From: Gammaproteobacteria bacterium
GTDB taxonomy: Bacteria; Pseudomonadota; Gammaproteobacteria; Eutrophobiales; Eutrophobiaceae
Length of the DNA: 64,000 nucleotides
Direction of reading: 5' to 3'
NCBI GenBank assembly: GCA_963422205.2
Contig: CAXMWX010000001.1
Coordinates: forward strand, 512,001 to 576,000
Positions 9,792 through 20,614 of this stretch are shown piece by piece. Each line of letters starts with the position of its first letter. The stretch's first letter is position 1. The position numbers and the translations under genes are program-made. The notes under the pieces were generated by a model. That model did not search any database. It was not told where the DNA came from and saw only the letters and a list, made by a program, of their open reading frames with translations.

Positions 9792-10772
9792 CTACTCTGA
9801 CCATCGCTGCCGCAGCCGCTCCGCATCTTCTTTGGTGTAGAAATGGCGAAAGAACTTAGAGCCCAGCATCTTGTCCAGATGCCACCCGGGCAGCTTGACC
9901 TCGTTTTTGAACAATGCGTAAGAATCGGCGATTGCCCTGGTCTTCTCGGCGGTGACTTTTCGATAGCCCATCTCGAAGGCATCCAGACCGAGAAAATCCT
10001 GCACCCGCTGCGCCTTGGTTGCATTGGGCAGGCTGGATTCCAGGATCATCATATCGGCCTGGTTGAGGCAATAGTAAGCCACTTTCTCATCGGGGAAGGG
10101 TTGCTCGTAGACATCCAGGGACAGGTATTTTTTTACACAGTTATCGAACCAGTCTATAGCGAAGAATTGTGCATCGTAACGTTGAAGAAACATCTGCCGC
10201 AGTTGTGGCGGGTCAAGGTTCTGGATCTGCTTGATATGCTCATCTTTATACAGCCAGCCATCCTGCGGGATCACCAGCCTCCTGTGCAACCTGGAATCCG
10301 CCGGCAGTGCGGCGATGCCTCGCTTGATGCGGTCTTTGACCAGAATCGGCAGTCTGCTTGCCAAGGCGTGTTTCAGCGGGTTACTTTTCAATGGACGCGC
10401 ACCAAGAATACGTTGCAACCTTGTTTCATAGAAAGCCGCGACATTGCGGCCAATCGGCTCACGGATGGGGGTGATGATCTTCAGCCGGTTGTCATCCGTA
10501 TCCGCAGCTGCGGCGGCGGGGAGCGTCCCGTGTACATAACGGGCCAGCAGGTAATCACAGAAGTCAGCCTTGTAATGCCCATGCAGATGGGGAAGCCTGA
10601 TATTTACAGGCTTTTTTTCGGGCGGCAATTTTTCCATTCTGATGGTCAACCCGGGGTACTGGTCAAGCAGCGCACGGTACAGAGACGTGGAGCCAACTTT
10701 GCCGGCGCTGAGTATTAGCACCGGCGGTTTGCGGCAAAAGTCGGCGAATATTTTTGTCCTGGATCTAAACAT
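9792..10772 (-). CDS. Sulfotransferase-fold putative capsular polysaccharide synthesis protein
   Basis: GKVGSTSL (5'-PSB-like) and KIITPIREPIGRNVAAF (3'-PB-like) motifs, plus WFD...LSLDVYEQPF. Confidence 0.65.
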   Translation of the reverse strand: MFRSRTKIFADFCRKPPVLILSAGKVGSTSLYRALLDQYPGLTIRMEKLPPEKKPVNIRLPHLHGHYKADFCDYLLARYVHGTLPAAAAADTDDNRLKIITPIREPIGRNVAAFYETRLQRILGARPLKSNPLKHALASRLPILVKDRIKRGIAALPADSRLHRRLVIPQDGWLYKDEHIKQIQNLDPPQLRQMFLQRYDAQFFAIDWFDNCVKKYLSLDVYEQPFPDEKVAYYCLNQADMMILESSLPNATKAQRVQDFLGLDAFEMGYRKVTAEKTRAIADSYALFKNEVKLPGWHLDKMLGSKFFRHFYTKEDAERLRQRWSE

Positions 10773-10943
10773 GGATTTTTATTCCCGAGTTCATCGTTTA
10801 CAGCAGGCGATTACTATTGCCTCAAATCTTGCACTTTAACATGGATACCGATACCATGTAAGGAGTTTTGTAACCATTGTTACGCGTCCATTACAGAATT
10901 AGCCCCAGGCAGTGAATACATCCCTTGATAAGGAGTTGCACAG

Positions 10944-13514
10944 ATGAAGATCGGAAACATGAACCCACCTGCAAACACCCGATGTCTCGTCACTGCCTGT
11001 CTGTGTATCAGTCTGCTCAGTCTGTCTGTCCAGGGTTTTGCTCGGGGTTTTGCCCAGGGTGGCGTGGGCAGTGTGCTGGAGGAGGTGGTGGTCACGGCAC
11101 AAAAGCGCGAGCAGAACGTCCAGGACGTGGGCATTGCCATCACTGCCTTTAACGGTGAGCAGATGCGCGCCCTGGGGGTGGAGGAGAGCTTTGATGTCGC
11201 CGCTTTCTCGCCCGGTGTGCATATCAGCGGCAATCTTGCCGGGCAAAACACGCAGTTCTCCATCCGCGGCGTCACACAAAATGATTTCAACGATGTGATC
11301 GAGGCGCCCAATGCAGTGTATCTGGATGAGGGCTACATCGCCATCGCCCAGGCGCAGACCTTCGCCCTGTTCGATATAGAGCGGGTGGAGATCCTCAAAG
11401 GCCCGCAAGGCACGCTGTTCGGACGCAACGCCACGGGCGGCCTGGTGCAGTATGTGAGCAACAAGCCTGACTTTGACAGCACCCGGGGCTATGTCGATGT
11501 GACCTATGGCCGGTTTGACTCCCCGGCCGATGCCGATCAGTTCCGGGTGGAAGCGGCTGTGGGCGGTCCTCTGTCCGAGACGCTCGCCGGGCGCGTGGCC
11601 TTGCTCTATAACCAGCATGATGGCTATCTGGATAACCTGTACCCGCAGTCTGCCGCGGGCGCAGCGCCCGGGCCGGGGGCGGGTGCTGATCTGGGGGATG
11701 ACGATACCTTTGCCCTGCGAACGACCGCCTTGTTCAAACCACAGGAAAACCTGCGCTTTACCGTATCGGCCAATTATGCACGTACTGAGGTGGCCACCGG
11801 GCCGTATCAGTCCAAGCCGACCACTGGCGTCTACAATGCCGGTGGTGAATTGATCAATGTCATTGATACGCCAGCGGGCGATACCCGGCGCAGCATTGCC
11901 GCCGATGGCTCTGATTTTGGCTCGGATCAGAACGATGATGGCAGGCAGGATGATTTCGTTGACAATGCCACGGGGGTATTGGGGTCGGGCGGCTTTACGC
12001 CGAGCGGCACGCCCATAGGCGATGGCATCGTCGATGTGGGTCGGCCTGCCGGCACGGACTTCTTCGGTTATCTGGACCCCGATGGCGAGGACTTCAGCTT
12101 CTCCGGTGATTTCGCCTTCGCCGATTCCGGCGAGACCGAGACCTGGGGAATCAATGGCCGGGCAGAATGGGAGTTGGACAACGGCATGTTGTTCACCAGC
12201 CTCACCGATTACAAGCAATATGACAAGCTCCTGTTTATTGATGTGGACTCGGCGCCGGTCAATCAACTGGCCAATTATGCCGCGGTTGATGCCAGCAGCT
12301 TCACCCAAGAGCTGCGCCTTACCGGCGAGGGTGAGAATAACCGCTGGCTGCTGGGCTTTTATTATCTGAACATTGACACCGATTCGGACAACGGGCTGAA
12401 GATCTCCGCTGGCGGGGTGGCCGGTGCGCCGGCGGATGTCGGTACGGATGCGGATTTACAGACTCATTCCTACTCGCTGTTCGGCCAGTTGGAATGGGAT
12501 GTGGCTGAACGCATCACCGTGATCAGCGGCCTGCGGCTTATTCAGGAAGAGAAGGACTTCATCATGGATGCGGGGCTGTATCTTAACAGCGACAATCCGC
12601 GCACCATACATGTGGGGGCGAAGACTTCGGGCGTGGCGGCCCTGGCCGTGGATGGCGTTACCCTGCCGGGGCCGACTGCGATTGATACCAGCTCATCGGA
12701 TACCTTATGGGCGGGCAAGCTGCAACTGAATTATCAGGCAAATGATGATCTGCTGCTCTATGCGGGGGTCAATCGTGGCGTGAAGGCCGGCAGTTTTAAT
12801 GCACCTTTACTCGGCTCGTATGTCTCCCTGCAATTTGCCAGAAATGGTCAGGGTAATGATGCCATCCCGTACAAGGAGGAAGTGTTGCTCAGTTACGAGG
12901 GCGGTTTCAAGCAGACGCTTCTCGGTGGGCATACCCGACTGAATGGATCGCTGTTCTATTATGATTATACCGACTATCAAGCCTTTCTGTTTACCGGCGT
13001 GGGTGGCGTGGTGATCAACGCCGATGCGAGAACCTATGGCGTGGAGTTGGAATTGCAGACATCTCCCGTTGAGGGGTTTGATGCCATCTTGAGCGCAAGC
13101 TGGTTTGATGCCACGGTCGAAGATGTGCCGCTGCGTATTGGCTCGGCCATCAGCCGTGATGTAGACCCCACCTATGCCCCGGAATTTCAGTTTACTGCCA
13201 TCGCCCGTTATGAGTGGCCGGTAGCGGCCCTTGGCGGTCGGCTGCATATTGCCGGTGATCTGAGTTACTCCGATCAGTATTTCTATAATCTGCGTAATTT
13301 TGATGCGGATAAATTTGACAGCTATGTCATGGTCAACCTGGGTGCGGGGTGGGCGAGTGAGGATGGCCGCTGGCAGGCCAGGTTCAAGGTGAACAACCTC
13401 ACCGATGCGCGCGCCGGGATTCAGGGCTTTGATATCGCCACCGCCTGCGGTTGCAATGAGATCGCCTTCCGGGCACCGCGCTGGTATGGCGTGAATGTCA
13501 AATATGCTTTTTGA
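10944..13514 (+). CDS. TonB-dependent receptor
   Basis: Signal peptide, LEEVVVTAQKRE TonB-box region, DIERVEILKGPQGTLFGRNATGG plug motif, C-terminal ...VKYAF. Confidence 0.95.
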   Translation: MKIGNMNPPANTRCLVTACLCISLLSLSVQGFARGFAQGGVGSVLEEVVVTAQKREQNVQDVGIAITAFNGEQMRALGVEESFDVAAFSPGVHISGNLAGQNTQFSIRGVTQNDFNDVIEAPNAVYLDEGYIAIAQAQTFALFDIERVEILKGPQGTLFGRNATGGLVQYVSNKPDFDSTRGYVDVTYGRFDSPADADQFRVEAAVGGPLSETLAGRVALLYNQHDGYLDNLYPQSAAGAAPGPGAGADLGDDDTFALRTTALFKPQENLRFTVSANYARTEVATGPYQSKPTTGVYNAGGELINVIDTPAGDTRRSIAADGSDFGSDQNDDGRQDDFVDNATGVLGSGGFTPSGTPIGDGIVDVGRPAGTDFFGYLDPDGEDFSFSGDFAFADSGETETWGINGRAEWELDNGMLFTSLTDYKQYDKLLFIDVDSAPVNQLANYAAVDASSFTQELRLTGEGENNRWLLGFYYLNIDTDSDNGLKISAGGVAGAPADVGTDADLQTHSYSLFGQLEWDVAERITVISGLRLIQEEKDFIMDAGLYLNSDNPRTIHVGAKTSGVAALAVDGVTLPGPTAIDTSSSDTLWAGKLQLNYQANDDLLLYAGVNRGVKAGSFNAPLLGSYVSLQFARNGQGNDAIPYKEEVLLSYEGGFKQTLLGGHTRLNGSLFYYDYTDYQAFLFTGVGGVVINADARTYGVELELQTSPVEGFDAILSASWFDATVEDVPLRIGSAISRDVDPTYAPEFQFTAIARYEWPVAALGGRLHIAGDLSYSDQYFYNLRNFDADKFDSYVMVNLGAGWASEDGRWQARFKVNNLTDARAGIQGFDIATACGCNEIAFRAPRWYGVNVKYAF

Positions 13515-13549
13515 TCTTTACCTGCCTGTCTTGATGCCGTACTGCTATC

Positions 13550-13753
13550 GCCTTAACAGACGGCGGGCGGGTGCAGATTCACAAGACGCCGCACCATGAC
13601 CGGGCGTTGTTTTAGTCCGGCAGAAGCGCCGGTACCTTAACAGCCCTTATACGCTTGACCACCGATACGCCGGTAACGGTTTATCTCTGCTGCCCATGCG
13701 GTTTGGCATGATACAGGCACAGGGCAATCTGCCCGTCAACACTCTGTTAAGGC
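13550..13753. repeat. 11-bp inverted repeats bracketing about 200 bp of intergenic DNA; possible degenerate MITE
   Basis: GCCTTAACAGA (13550-13560) and TCTGTTAAGGC (13743-13753), with a third CCTTAACAG near 13635. Confidence 0.3.
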
Positions 13754-13848
13754 TGCCTTGCTTATAACACAGGGGCGATAGCCGCTCATCATGATTGTTA
13801 TATATACTGTGTGCCATGTATCTCAATCAGGTTTACCATCATCCGATC

Positions 13849-15858
13849 ATGATCCAGCCCACCCGCGAGCTACCCAAATGGGTTGGCATCATCGGGGCGG
13901 GGGCTGTTGGGTCAGGGATCGGTTACTACCTTAAAAGCACCATCCCGGATCTCAAGCTGGTGCTGATTGACAGTCAGCAGCAGGCCCTGGACAGGGCGGT
14001 TGAGCGCATTAATGCGTATGCCGATAACGAAGTTAAACGGGGTCGGTTGCTGCCTGAGCAAGCCGATGAGATCAGGCAGCACATTCTGGCCTCAACAGAA
14101 TATGAGGTGCTGGCCTATTGTGACTGGGTGATTGAGGCGGTCACGGAGCATATTCACATCAAACAGCAGGTGTTCAGCCAGGTTGAGGCGATAGTGGATG
14201 AGCGTTGTCTCATCACATCAAACACCCGAACGATTCCGGCGGCCTGGCTGTTTTCCCATCTGGCACACCCGGAGCGCACCACAGTCACACATTTCCTTGC
14301 GCCCGCTTTGCCGAACTCTGTCGTGGAGGTAATCGAGTGGGAAAAATCGGCGCCCCTGCTTATCCAGTATCTGCGCTGGCTGTGCTATGTGACGGGCAAG
14401 GTGCCGCTGCTGATCAAAGATATGGTGTGTTTCATGCTGCATCGTGTGTTTGACAACTGGTGTAACGAGGCCGCCCTGCTGCTGGCTGAGGCCACGCCCG
14501 CACAAATCGATACGGTGGCTGCCGAGTACGCCCATGCCGGGCCGTTTTATCTGTTGAACCGGGCAAATGGCAACGCGGCCCTGATCAGGACGCTTCGTTT
14601 GCTGGCCGAGATAGAGGGCGATCACTATGCACCAGCAGCGGCCTTTGAGCGGGATGCGCCCGATGAGGATATGGCCTGGGAGACGATTAAGCCGGGCGAG
14701 CATGCGGATGTCAGCGTGGCACTCCAGCAGGCAATCGCCGAGCGCTTGCTGGGGGTTTTGTTTTCACAGGCCGTGGATATTCTGGATAGAGGTATTGGCA
14801 CGGCAGAGGATTTGGATCTGGGCTGTCGGCTGGCCTTTGGCTTTAAGACCGGCCCTCTGGAATTGATGCACCGGCTGGGTGCAGATGAGGTGAGGCGGAT
14901 AACAGGCAGGTTTGCCCGGCAGCGGCCGGGTCTGCCCGTTGCAAGCTGTACGCCAAGCCATTATGTCAACTGCCACTGTTACCTTTTGCTGGATGAGCTG
15001 GATGGGGTGAAGATCATCACGCTGCGTCGGCCTGATGCCGTAAATGCCTTACATGATGCCATGATCGATGAGGTAATCGCGCTGCTGCAAAACTGTGAAG
15101 ATGATGATGGCATAACCGGTGTTGTGATCACCGGTTATGGTATGCAGGCGTTTTGTGCGGGTGCCGACATTGATCGTCTGCCATCCGTGCTGGGCGATAA
15201 GGCGGCCCTGGTTGCGTATGCACAGGCCAGCGCCCGGTTAGTGATTCGGCTGGATCAGTGCAGCAAGCCGGTGGTTGCCGCGCTGAACGGGGCAGCACGG
15301 GGAGCAGGGCTGGAATTAGCGATGCGCTGTCATGGTATCGTCTCCAGTGCGGATGCGTATTTGCAGTTCCCCGAGATCACCCTGGGGTTAGTGCCGGGCA
15401 CGGGTGCGCTGGTGGTGCCGTATCGCCGCTGGCCGGGGGCGGCGACAACCTTTCATCAAATGTTGCTAAAAGCCGATAAGCTCAATGCGGCCAGGGCAAC
15501 AGCGCTGGGGATCATCAATACCCTGGTGGACAAGCCGATCAACTTGGTGCCGGCGGCGGTGTGGCTGGCTAAAGAGCTGGCTCAAGAATCGCACCAGATA
15601 ACCGATGCGCCGGTGAATATTGCGCCGGTTATTGCCGAGATTAAACAACCTCGAAGTGCAGAAGGACAGCGGTTAAGCGCCAGCGTGGTGAGTATTATGC
15701 ACAAGGCGATACACACAGCAGCGGCCGCCGGCACGTTTGCCGAGGCGCTTGAAATCGGTTATCAAGCCTTTGCCGAGAGTGCCTGTACGGCGGCGGCCAG
15801 AGAGGGGATAAGGGCTTTTACTGAGCGCCGGCGGCCGGATTTTGAAGCAACGGGGTAA
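13849..15858 (+). CDS. 3-hydroxyacyl-CoA dehydrogenase / enoyl-CoA hydratase fusion
   Basis: N-terminal GIIGAGAVGSGIG, WVIEAVTE, TSNT, THF; C-terminal crotonase motifs FCAGADI, GAGLELA, FPEITLGLVPG. Start is uncertain (13795 or 13849). Confidence 0.88.
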   Translation: MIQPTRELPKWVGIIGAGAVGSGIGYYLKSTIPDLKLVLIDSQQQALDRAVERINAYADNEVKRGRLLPEQADEIRQHILASTEYEVLAYCDWVIEAVTEHIHIKQQVFSQVEAIVDERCLITSNTRTIPAAWLFSHLAHPERTTVTHFLAPALPNSVVEVIEWEKSAPLLIQYLRWLCYVTGKVPLLIKDMVCFMLHRVFDNWCNEAALLLAEATPAQIDTVAAEYAHAGPFYLLNRANGNAALIRTLRLLAEIEGDHYAPAAAFERDAPDEDMAWETIKPGEHADVSVALQQAIAERLLGVLFSQAVDILDRGIGTAEDLDLGCRLAFGFKTGPLELMHRLGADEVRRITGRFARQRPGLPVASCTPSHYVNCHCYLLLDELDGVKIITLRRPDAVNALHDAMIDEVIALLQNCEDDDGITGVVITGYGMQAFCAGADIDRLPSVLGDKAALVAYAQASARLVIRLDQCSKPVVAALNGAARGAGLELAMRCHGIVSSADAYLQFPEITLGLVPGTGALVVPYRRWPGAATTFHQMLLKADKLNAARATALGIINTLVDKPINLVPAAVWLAKELAQESHQITDAPVNIAPVIAEIKQPRSAEGQRLSASVVSIMHKAIHTAAAAGTFAEALEIGYQAFAESACTAAAREGIRAFTERRRPDFEATG

Positions 15859-15897
15859 GGCGTTGTGATGAACGGCAGGCGGTTCGCCAGCGTGATG

Positions 15898-16344
15898 CTA
15901 TGCAGAGGGTTGCAGCCGTATTAACGCTTGCCGTAAATCTTCGGGTATGTTCACCGGCTGGCGCGTTTCTCTGTCCACATACACATGCACAAAATGCCCC
16001 TGTGCCGAGGCGGTCTGCTCGCTGTCTTTAAATAGGCCGATCGCATAGCGCACACTGCTGTTGCCGATGTGTGCTACCCGCAAGCCGGCGGTTACTGAGT
16101 CTGGAAAGCGGATGGGTGAAAAATAATTGCATTGGGTTTCGACCACCAGGCCGATGACTGCACCAGCCACCGGATCGAGTACGCCTTCGGCCAGGAGATA
16201 ATGATTCACGGCGGTATCAAAGTACGCGTAATACACCACGTTGTTGACATGTGCGTAGATATCGTTATCCATCCAGCGAGTCGAGATGGCGATGCGGTAA
16301 GGATACTTGCCTAACGTTGTTTTTCTGATCTTGCCGGTCATCAT
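15898..16344 (-). CDS. Acyl-CoA thioesterase (4HBT/YbgC hot-dog fold)
   Basis: [22 protein letters not shown] motif. Confidence 0.9.
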   Translation of the reverse strand: MMTGKIRKTTLGKYPYRIAISTRWMDNDIYAHVNNVVYYAYFDTAVNHYLLAEGVLDPVAGAVIGLVVETQCNYFSPIRFPDSVTAGLRVAHIGNSSVRYAIGLFKDSEQTASAQGHFVHVYVDRETRQPVNIPEDLRQALIRLQPSA

Positions 16345-17360
16345 CGGCGCTCATGCGCCAGCAGGTCGATGCCGAATTGACGAAACAGGTGGATCATGTC
16401 AACGAAGACCCAGTTCTCCATAAACAGATCGCCATCACGCTTCCACCAGTCCAGCCCGTTGAAGGCGATGGGGTTGCCTGTTGCCGCCACGCCTTTGTAC
16501 TCGCCAGCATGGGTGGCTTTGACATCGCCCCAGCCAGCGGCGGCGGTGTAGCAACCCTCAGCATACAGTGCATCAATATTGCCGCACAGACGATCAGGGA
16601 AGGCCGTCAGCCAAGGCTGCTGATGGCAGTGTTCAAATGCTTGCAGGCCATCGCAGGCGCCGATACCGCCGGGGCCATACCATTGTATCTCTGGATGGAA
16701 GAAGTCGGCCACGCCCATGCTGCTCAAAGCACGCTGGTCATAGTTGTTCAGGCCATCGAAAATAAAACGCCGGATGTGTTCCAGGCTGTATGCACTCGTG
16801 CTCGCATCTTGCGACTCATGCAACATACCATCGCCCGCATGCGGGGCGGGGTAGCGGCCATCTTTTCCCAGGGCAGGCGGGAGCACGTGAATACCAGCCT
16901 GCTGCATCAGATCAACCAGGTCCAGCAGGCAAAATATTTCTGTTATTTTATCTTGCTGGATTTTGCAGAACTCGCCCCAGCGGATTTTCACCGCTTTGCC
17001 GGTTGCGGCGATGGTCAGATAGTCATGCCTGAAAGTGCCGGTGAATGTGCCAGTACCAGAGACCCAGGTATGCCCATCCCGGGACATATCGCCATCCACC
17101 CGGCCATTTGACTGGCCGCCCATGAAGATGAAGGTATCACGTTTGATATCGGGAAAAGCATGGACAAGCGGCTGCCAGAATTGACGGCTAACCGCCTCAG
17201 CACCTTGCAGCTCATTGATCGGCGCCGGCCCGTGCCAGATAAGATCAGCATCACAAAAGCGGCTGATGGTTTGTTGATACTGCCCGGCATCGGCGGATTC
17301 CAGCCCCTGCCAGAAATCCCGGACTCGTTGTTTGTTCTGTTGGTTCAATGCCGTTGTCAT
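16341..17360 (-). CDS. Double SnoaL/ester-cyclase (NTF2-like) protein #1
   Basis: [34 protein letters not shown]; paralogous to 29304-31386. Start placed at MTTALNQ (GAGGGG RBS). Confidence 0.85.
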   Translation of the reverse strand: MTTALNQQNKQRVRDFWQGLESADAGQYQQTISRFCDADLIWHGPAPINELQGAEAVSRQFWQPLVHAFPDIKRDTFIFMGGQSNGRVDGDMSRDGHTWVSGTGTFTGTFRHDYLTIAATGKAVKIRWGEFCKIQQDKITEIFCLLDLVDLMQQAGIHVLPPALGKDGRYPAPHAGDGMLHESQDASTSAYSLEHIRRFIFDGLNNYDQRALSSMGVADFFHPEIQWYGPGGIGACDGLQAFEHCHQQPWLTAFPDRLCGNIDALYAEGCYTAAAGWGDVKATHAGEYKGVAATGNPIAFNGLDWWKRDGDLFMENWVFVDMIHLFRQFGIDLLAHERR

Positions 17361-17568
17361 CGCCGCCCCTCGGAATTTAGCTTTGCAGTAAATATTTACG
17401 CTACGTCTGTAATTAACGATAGCCACAGTCGCCATGTGCATGGCTTTTTGCCTTGCTGTCCATTGCTGATTAAGGAATGCGCCCAAGGAATGCACCCAGG
17501 GTATTCCCCTGGCGTGGTCAGGAAAGAATAGGGGGTGCACTCAAAGCGGTTGCCCGTATCGTTGATGT

Positions 17569-17919
17569 GTGATGAGCGAGCAGCAGCAAAACAACGCAGA
17601 TATAAACGTGATCTCTCTATTTCCGCCCAAAAGCGATGTCAAGACAGACGAAGCCGACCAGCGCCAATTCGCCCGACAACTGCTTATCGGCTTTTGGCTT
17701 ATCGGCCTGGCGATTATCTGCATTGACATCTTCATAGCCTGCGGCTGGTATCCACACAACGCCGCGCCGGTCGCCATGTTTACGCTTGCCAGGACAGGTG
17801 CCCTGCCGCTTGTTACCTTAGGTTATCTCCCTAGTATTTTCTCAACGCCAACCCAGTGGTCTGCCAATCAGCTGGGGCAAGCTGTAGCGCCAAGGCAGAG
17901 TGGCGCACCCAAAAGCTGA
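17569..17919 (+). CDS. Hypothetical small membrane protein
   Basis: One hydrophobic segment (LLIGFWLIGLAIICIDIFIAC); no recognisable family. Confidence 0.3.
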   Translation: MMSEQQQNNADINVISLFPPKSDVKTDEADQRQFARQLLIGFWLIGLAIICIDIFIACGWYPHNAAPVAMFTLARTGALPLVTLGYLPSIFSTPTQWSANQLGQAVAPRQSGAPKS

Positions 17920-17995
17920 CCGGGCAGCAGATGTCAGCCGTGAATAAAAGCGGAAGGGATGAGAACATCCCCTCCGCCACCATCACCGCTGCCAA

Positions 17996-20509
17996 TCAAT
18001 CCCAACTGGCCGCAAAGCGCACGCCAAAGTTGCGCGGATACAGATAACCGGTCTGGACATTATCATCACTGCCGTTATTACCACGCGACAGCACCGCCTC
18101 ATCCTCAATGTTCTCAACAAAGCCTTCCAGCGAGTAGCGCTGGCTGGGCGAGCGCCAGATCAGGCGCAGGTCTGTCTTGGTGAAGCTGCTCTGCTCATGG
18201 CTGGGGTCAATTGCCAACAGGTTGCTTGTGTTATAGCCATCGCTATAGTAGAACTGCACATACGGCGTTAAGGTGCCGTTATCTCCGCCCAGGGCGACCT
18301 CATAAGCAGCACTTAACGTGACCGTGAACTCAGGCGACCAGCCTGGTGTCTCGCCTTCCACATTGATAAAGCTGTCTGTATCGCCACCAAATAGCTGGTA
18401 GGGATTGGTCTGACCGAAGGTGCCGAACTCGGCATTGAGATAGGCGGCTGAGGCCGTCAGAGTCATGTTCTCTGTCGGGTTGTAGATGGTGTCCAGCTCT
18501 ATGCCCCAGGCATCGATCTCGCCGCCATTGCGGCTGTTGGTGATCACATTCCCGGTTTCGACGTTAAGTACCTGGAACTGCGCTAACAGGTTGGTGTACT
18601 CGGTATAGTGGGCGCTGATGTTAAAGCGCATGCTGCCATCGAGCAAGGTGCTTTTAAGGCCGATCTCATAGAGTTGCGATTCCTGCTCGTCTGTGAATGT
18701 GCCGTTGTTGTTGACGGCGCCCGATAAAAACCCGGTTGAGGCCGTGAAATAGATCAGCGCATCGTAATCGGGCAGATCATATTCCAGCCCGGCCTTCCAG
18801 CTGACGTTATTAAACGAGGGGCTCACCGAATTAGCACCTGTGGCAGAGCGGTTATAAGCGAACACATCGCGGGAGAATGCCGGCACCACCAGCGGCGAAT
18901 CACCATTGCTAAACAGCGTGGTGACCGGGCCGTTGGCGGTAAAATTGCTGCCGCCGCCGGTCAGTTTCTTTTTCTCATAGTTATAGCGCGCACCGCCGAT
19001 AAGGCGCAGGTTCTCAAGCACGCTAAACTCCCCTTGCAGGTACAGGCCGAAGGTATCAATCTCGATCCACTGGCTATCGGCGAAGGCGCCGTTCAGGCTG
19101 GTCGCCGCAGAGACTATCGGTGTGCCGTTTTGCAGTGTGAACATCATCCCGTCAGGCCCTGTGACCATGGGGCGAGTGTTATTTTCCTGGGTCTGGTTAA
19201 AAATGGTGAAGCTGAAAAACGTCTTGTCCTGCGAGTAGTAGGCGCCGGATGTCCACTGAAAGGGACTGTCATAATCTGAGGTGAACTGTAATTCCTGCGT
19301 GAAGGACTCGGCGGTCTCATCAAAGCCGCCGACATTGAAAGGCGTTTGACTGTAGTCAAAATCAAAGCCGATGAGGTTTTTAAAATCCGTGTATGAGGTG
19401 ATGGATTTCACCAGCACAGGCCCGGCATCCCAGTTGATCTCCAGGGTGATGTTATCATCATCCAGATCAACCGGCGGGACATAATCCTGGGCCACATCCC
19501 AGGGGCCTGTATCGCCCCGTGGCAATCCATTGGAGCCATTTTGCGGGTTCTGGCAATCTATGACAGAGCCAAGCGGGTCGGTGATGCCATCTGCCCGTGT
19601 GCGCCGGCAGATGTTTCGGTAGCCGAATAGCCCCGCTGAGGTGCCGGACTCCCGAATGCGGGTGTAGCGCAACAGTGCCTCCAGTTCGTCCGATGGTTGG
19701 TATAACACGCTCAACCGTACGCCCTGATCATCCGGTGCGCCCACATCCGGGCCAGCACTGTTTTTCACGAAGCCATCGCCGTTCTCAACGAAGCCGGCCA
19801 GCCGCACGGCGAGTTGATCATTCACGGGCAGGTTCACAAAGCCTTCAAACTGCGTGGTGTTAAAGCGCTCATACCCCACCTCAATGCGGCCAGCGATACC
19901 ATCTAAATCCGGCCGATTTGTATGGAGATTTAATGCACCGGCGAAGGTGTTACGCCCATACAGCGTACCCTGCGGCCCCTTGAGAAATTCAATGCGCTCG
20001 ACATCGAAAAAGGCGCGTGACTGCTGTGAGGCGCGCGGTTTGTATACGCCGTCAACATAGGCGCCAACAATCGAGCCGTTATCATTGAAGGTGTTGGTTG
20101 AATTGGCCCCGCGCACATTGAACTTGGCATCGTTACCGGTATAGGCGAAGTTGACACCCGGCACCAGCAGCTCAATCCGGCTGACATCATCCAGGCCGCC
20201 CCGCTGCATTGCATCCTCACCGAAGGCCGAGATAGACAAGCCGACATCCTGCACATCCTCAGCGCGCTTCTCGGCCGTCACGGTTATCTCCTCCAGCACG
20301 ATAGCCGCGCGGGAGGGGGTCGTGATGGCAAGGCAGAGCAGCAGGATACATGGATAGGGCAGCCGTGCCGCCAGGCTTCGGGGGGGGGGGGGGTGATGAT
20401 ACGCTCGTGCGCCCGGGTTAATCGGCCGCATCAACAGGCGGTGTAGTAATCTGGCCGGGCGTGCCAATGCAGGCAGGTCTGCCCCGGCGGTTTGCAGGTA
20501 GTCAGTCAT
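17996..20509 (-). CDS. TonB-dependent receptor with a C14 tract in the signal-peptide region
   Basis: LEEITVTAEKR, DVERIEFLKGPQGTLYGRNTFAG, C-terminal GVRFAASWD; start placed at MTDYLQ (AAGGGAG RBS). Confidence 0.93.
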   Translation of the reverse strand: MTDYLQTAGADLPALARPARLLHRLLMRPINPGARAYHHPPPPRSLAARLPYPCILLLCLAITTPSRAAIVLEEITVTAEKRAEDVQDVGLSISAFGEDAMQRGGLDDVSRIELLVPGVNFAYTGNDAKFNVRGANSTNTFNDNGSIVGAYVDGVYKPRASQQSRAFFDVERIEFLKGPQGTLYGRNTFAGALNLHTNRPDLDGIAGRIEVGYERFNTTQFEGFVNLPVNDQLAVRLAGFVENGDGFVKNSAGPDVGAPDDQGVRLSVLYQPSDELEALLRYTRIRESGTSAGLFGYRNICRRTRADGITDPLGSVIDCQNPQNGSNGLPRGDTGPWDVAQDYVPPVDLDDDNITLEINWDAGPVLVKSITSYTDFKNLIGFDFDYSQTPFNVGGFDETAESFTQELQFTSDYDSPFQWTSGAYYSQDKTFFSFTIFNQTQENNTRPMVTGPDGMMFTLQNGTPIVSAATSLNGAFADSQWIEIDTFGLYLQGEFSVLENLRLIGGARYNYEKKKLTGGGSNFTANGPVTTLFSNGDSPLVVPAFSRDVFAYNRSATGANSVSPSFNNVSWKAGLEYDLPDYDALIYFTASTGFLSGAVNNNGTFTDEQESQLYEIGLKSTLLDGSMRFNISAHYTEYTNLLAQFQVLNVETGNVITNSRNGGEIDAWGIELDTIYNPTENMTLTASAAYLNAEFGTFGQTNPYQLFGGDTDSFINVEGETPGWSPEFTVTLSAAYEVALGGDNGTLTPYVQFYYSDGYNTSNLLAIDPSHEQSSFTKTDLRLIWRSPSQRYSLEGFVENIEDEAVLSRGNNGSDDNVQTGYLYPRNFGVRFAASWD
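20380..20393 (-). repeat. G14/C14 homopolymer tract inside a CDS
   Basis: 14 consecutive G on the plus strand, encoding HHPPPPR. Confidence 0.95.
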
Positions 20510-20600
20510 TGATGATGCTCCCTTAGTGTTGGGTTTTATTCGGAAAATGTGTGTCAGGTCACTACATGACCCATGACCAGGGCGCATCTTGGTATAAGAT

Positions 20601-20614
20601 GACTTCGAATGCAA
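20601..20614 (-). promoter_or_regulatory. Putative LacI operator, site 1 (TTGCATTCGAAGTC)
   Basis: Core TGCATTCGAAGT found four times upstream of island genes. Confidence 0.75.

Noticed and set aside
10899-12308. 469-aa minus-strand ORF, and similar long ORFs at 9843-10718, 33278-34291 and 16353-17111
   Set aside because: Antisense shadows of recognisable genes; no motifs of their own.
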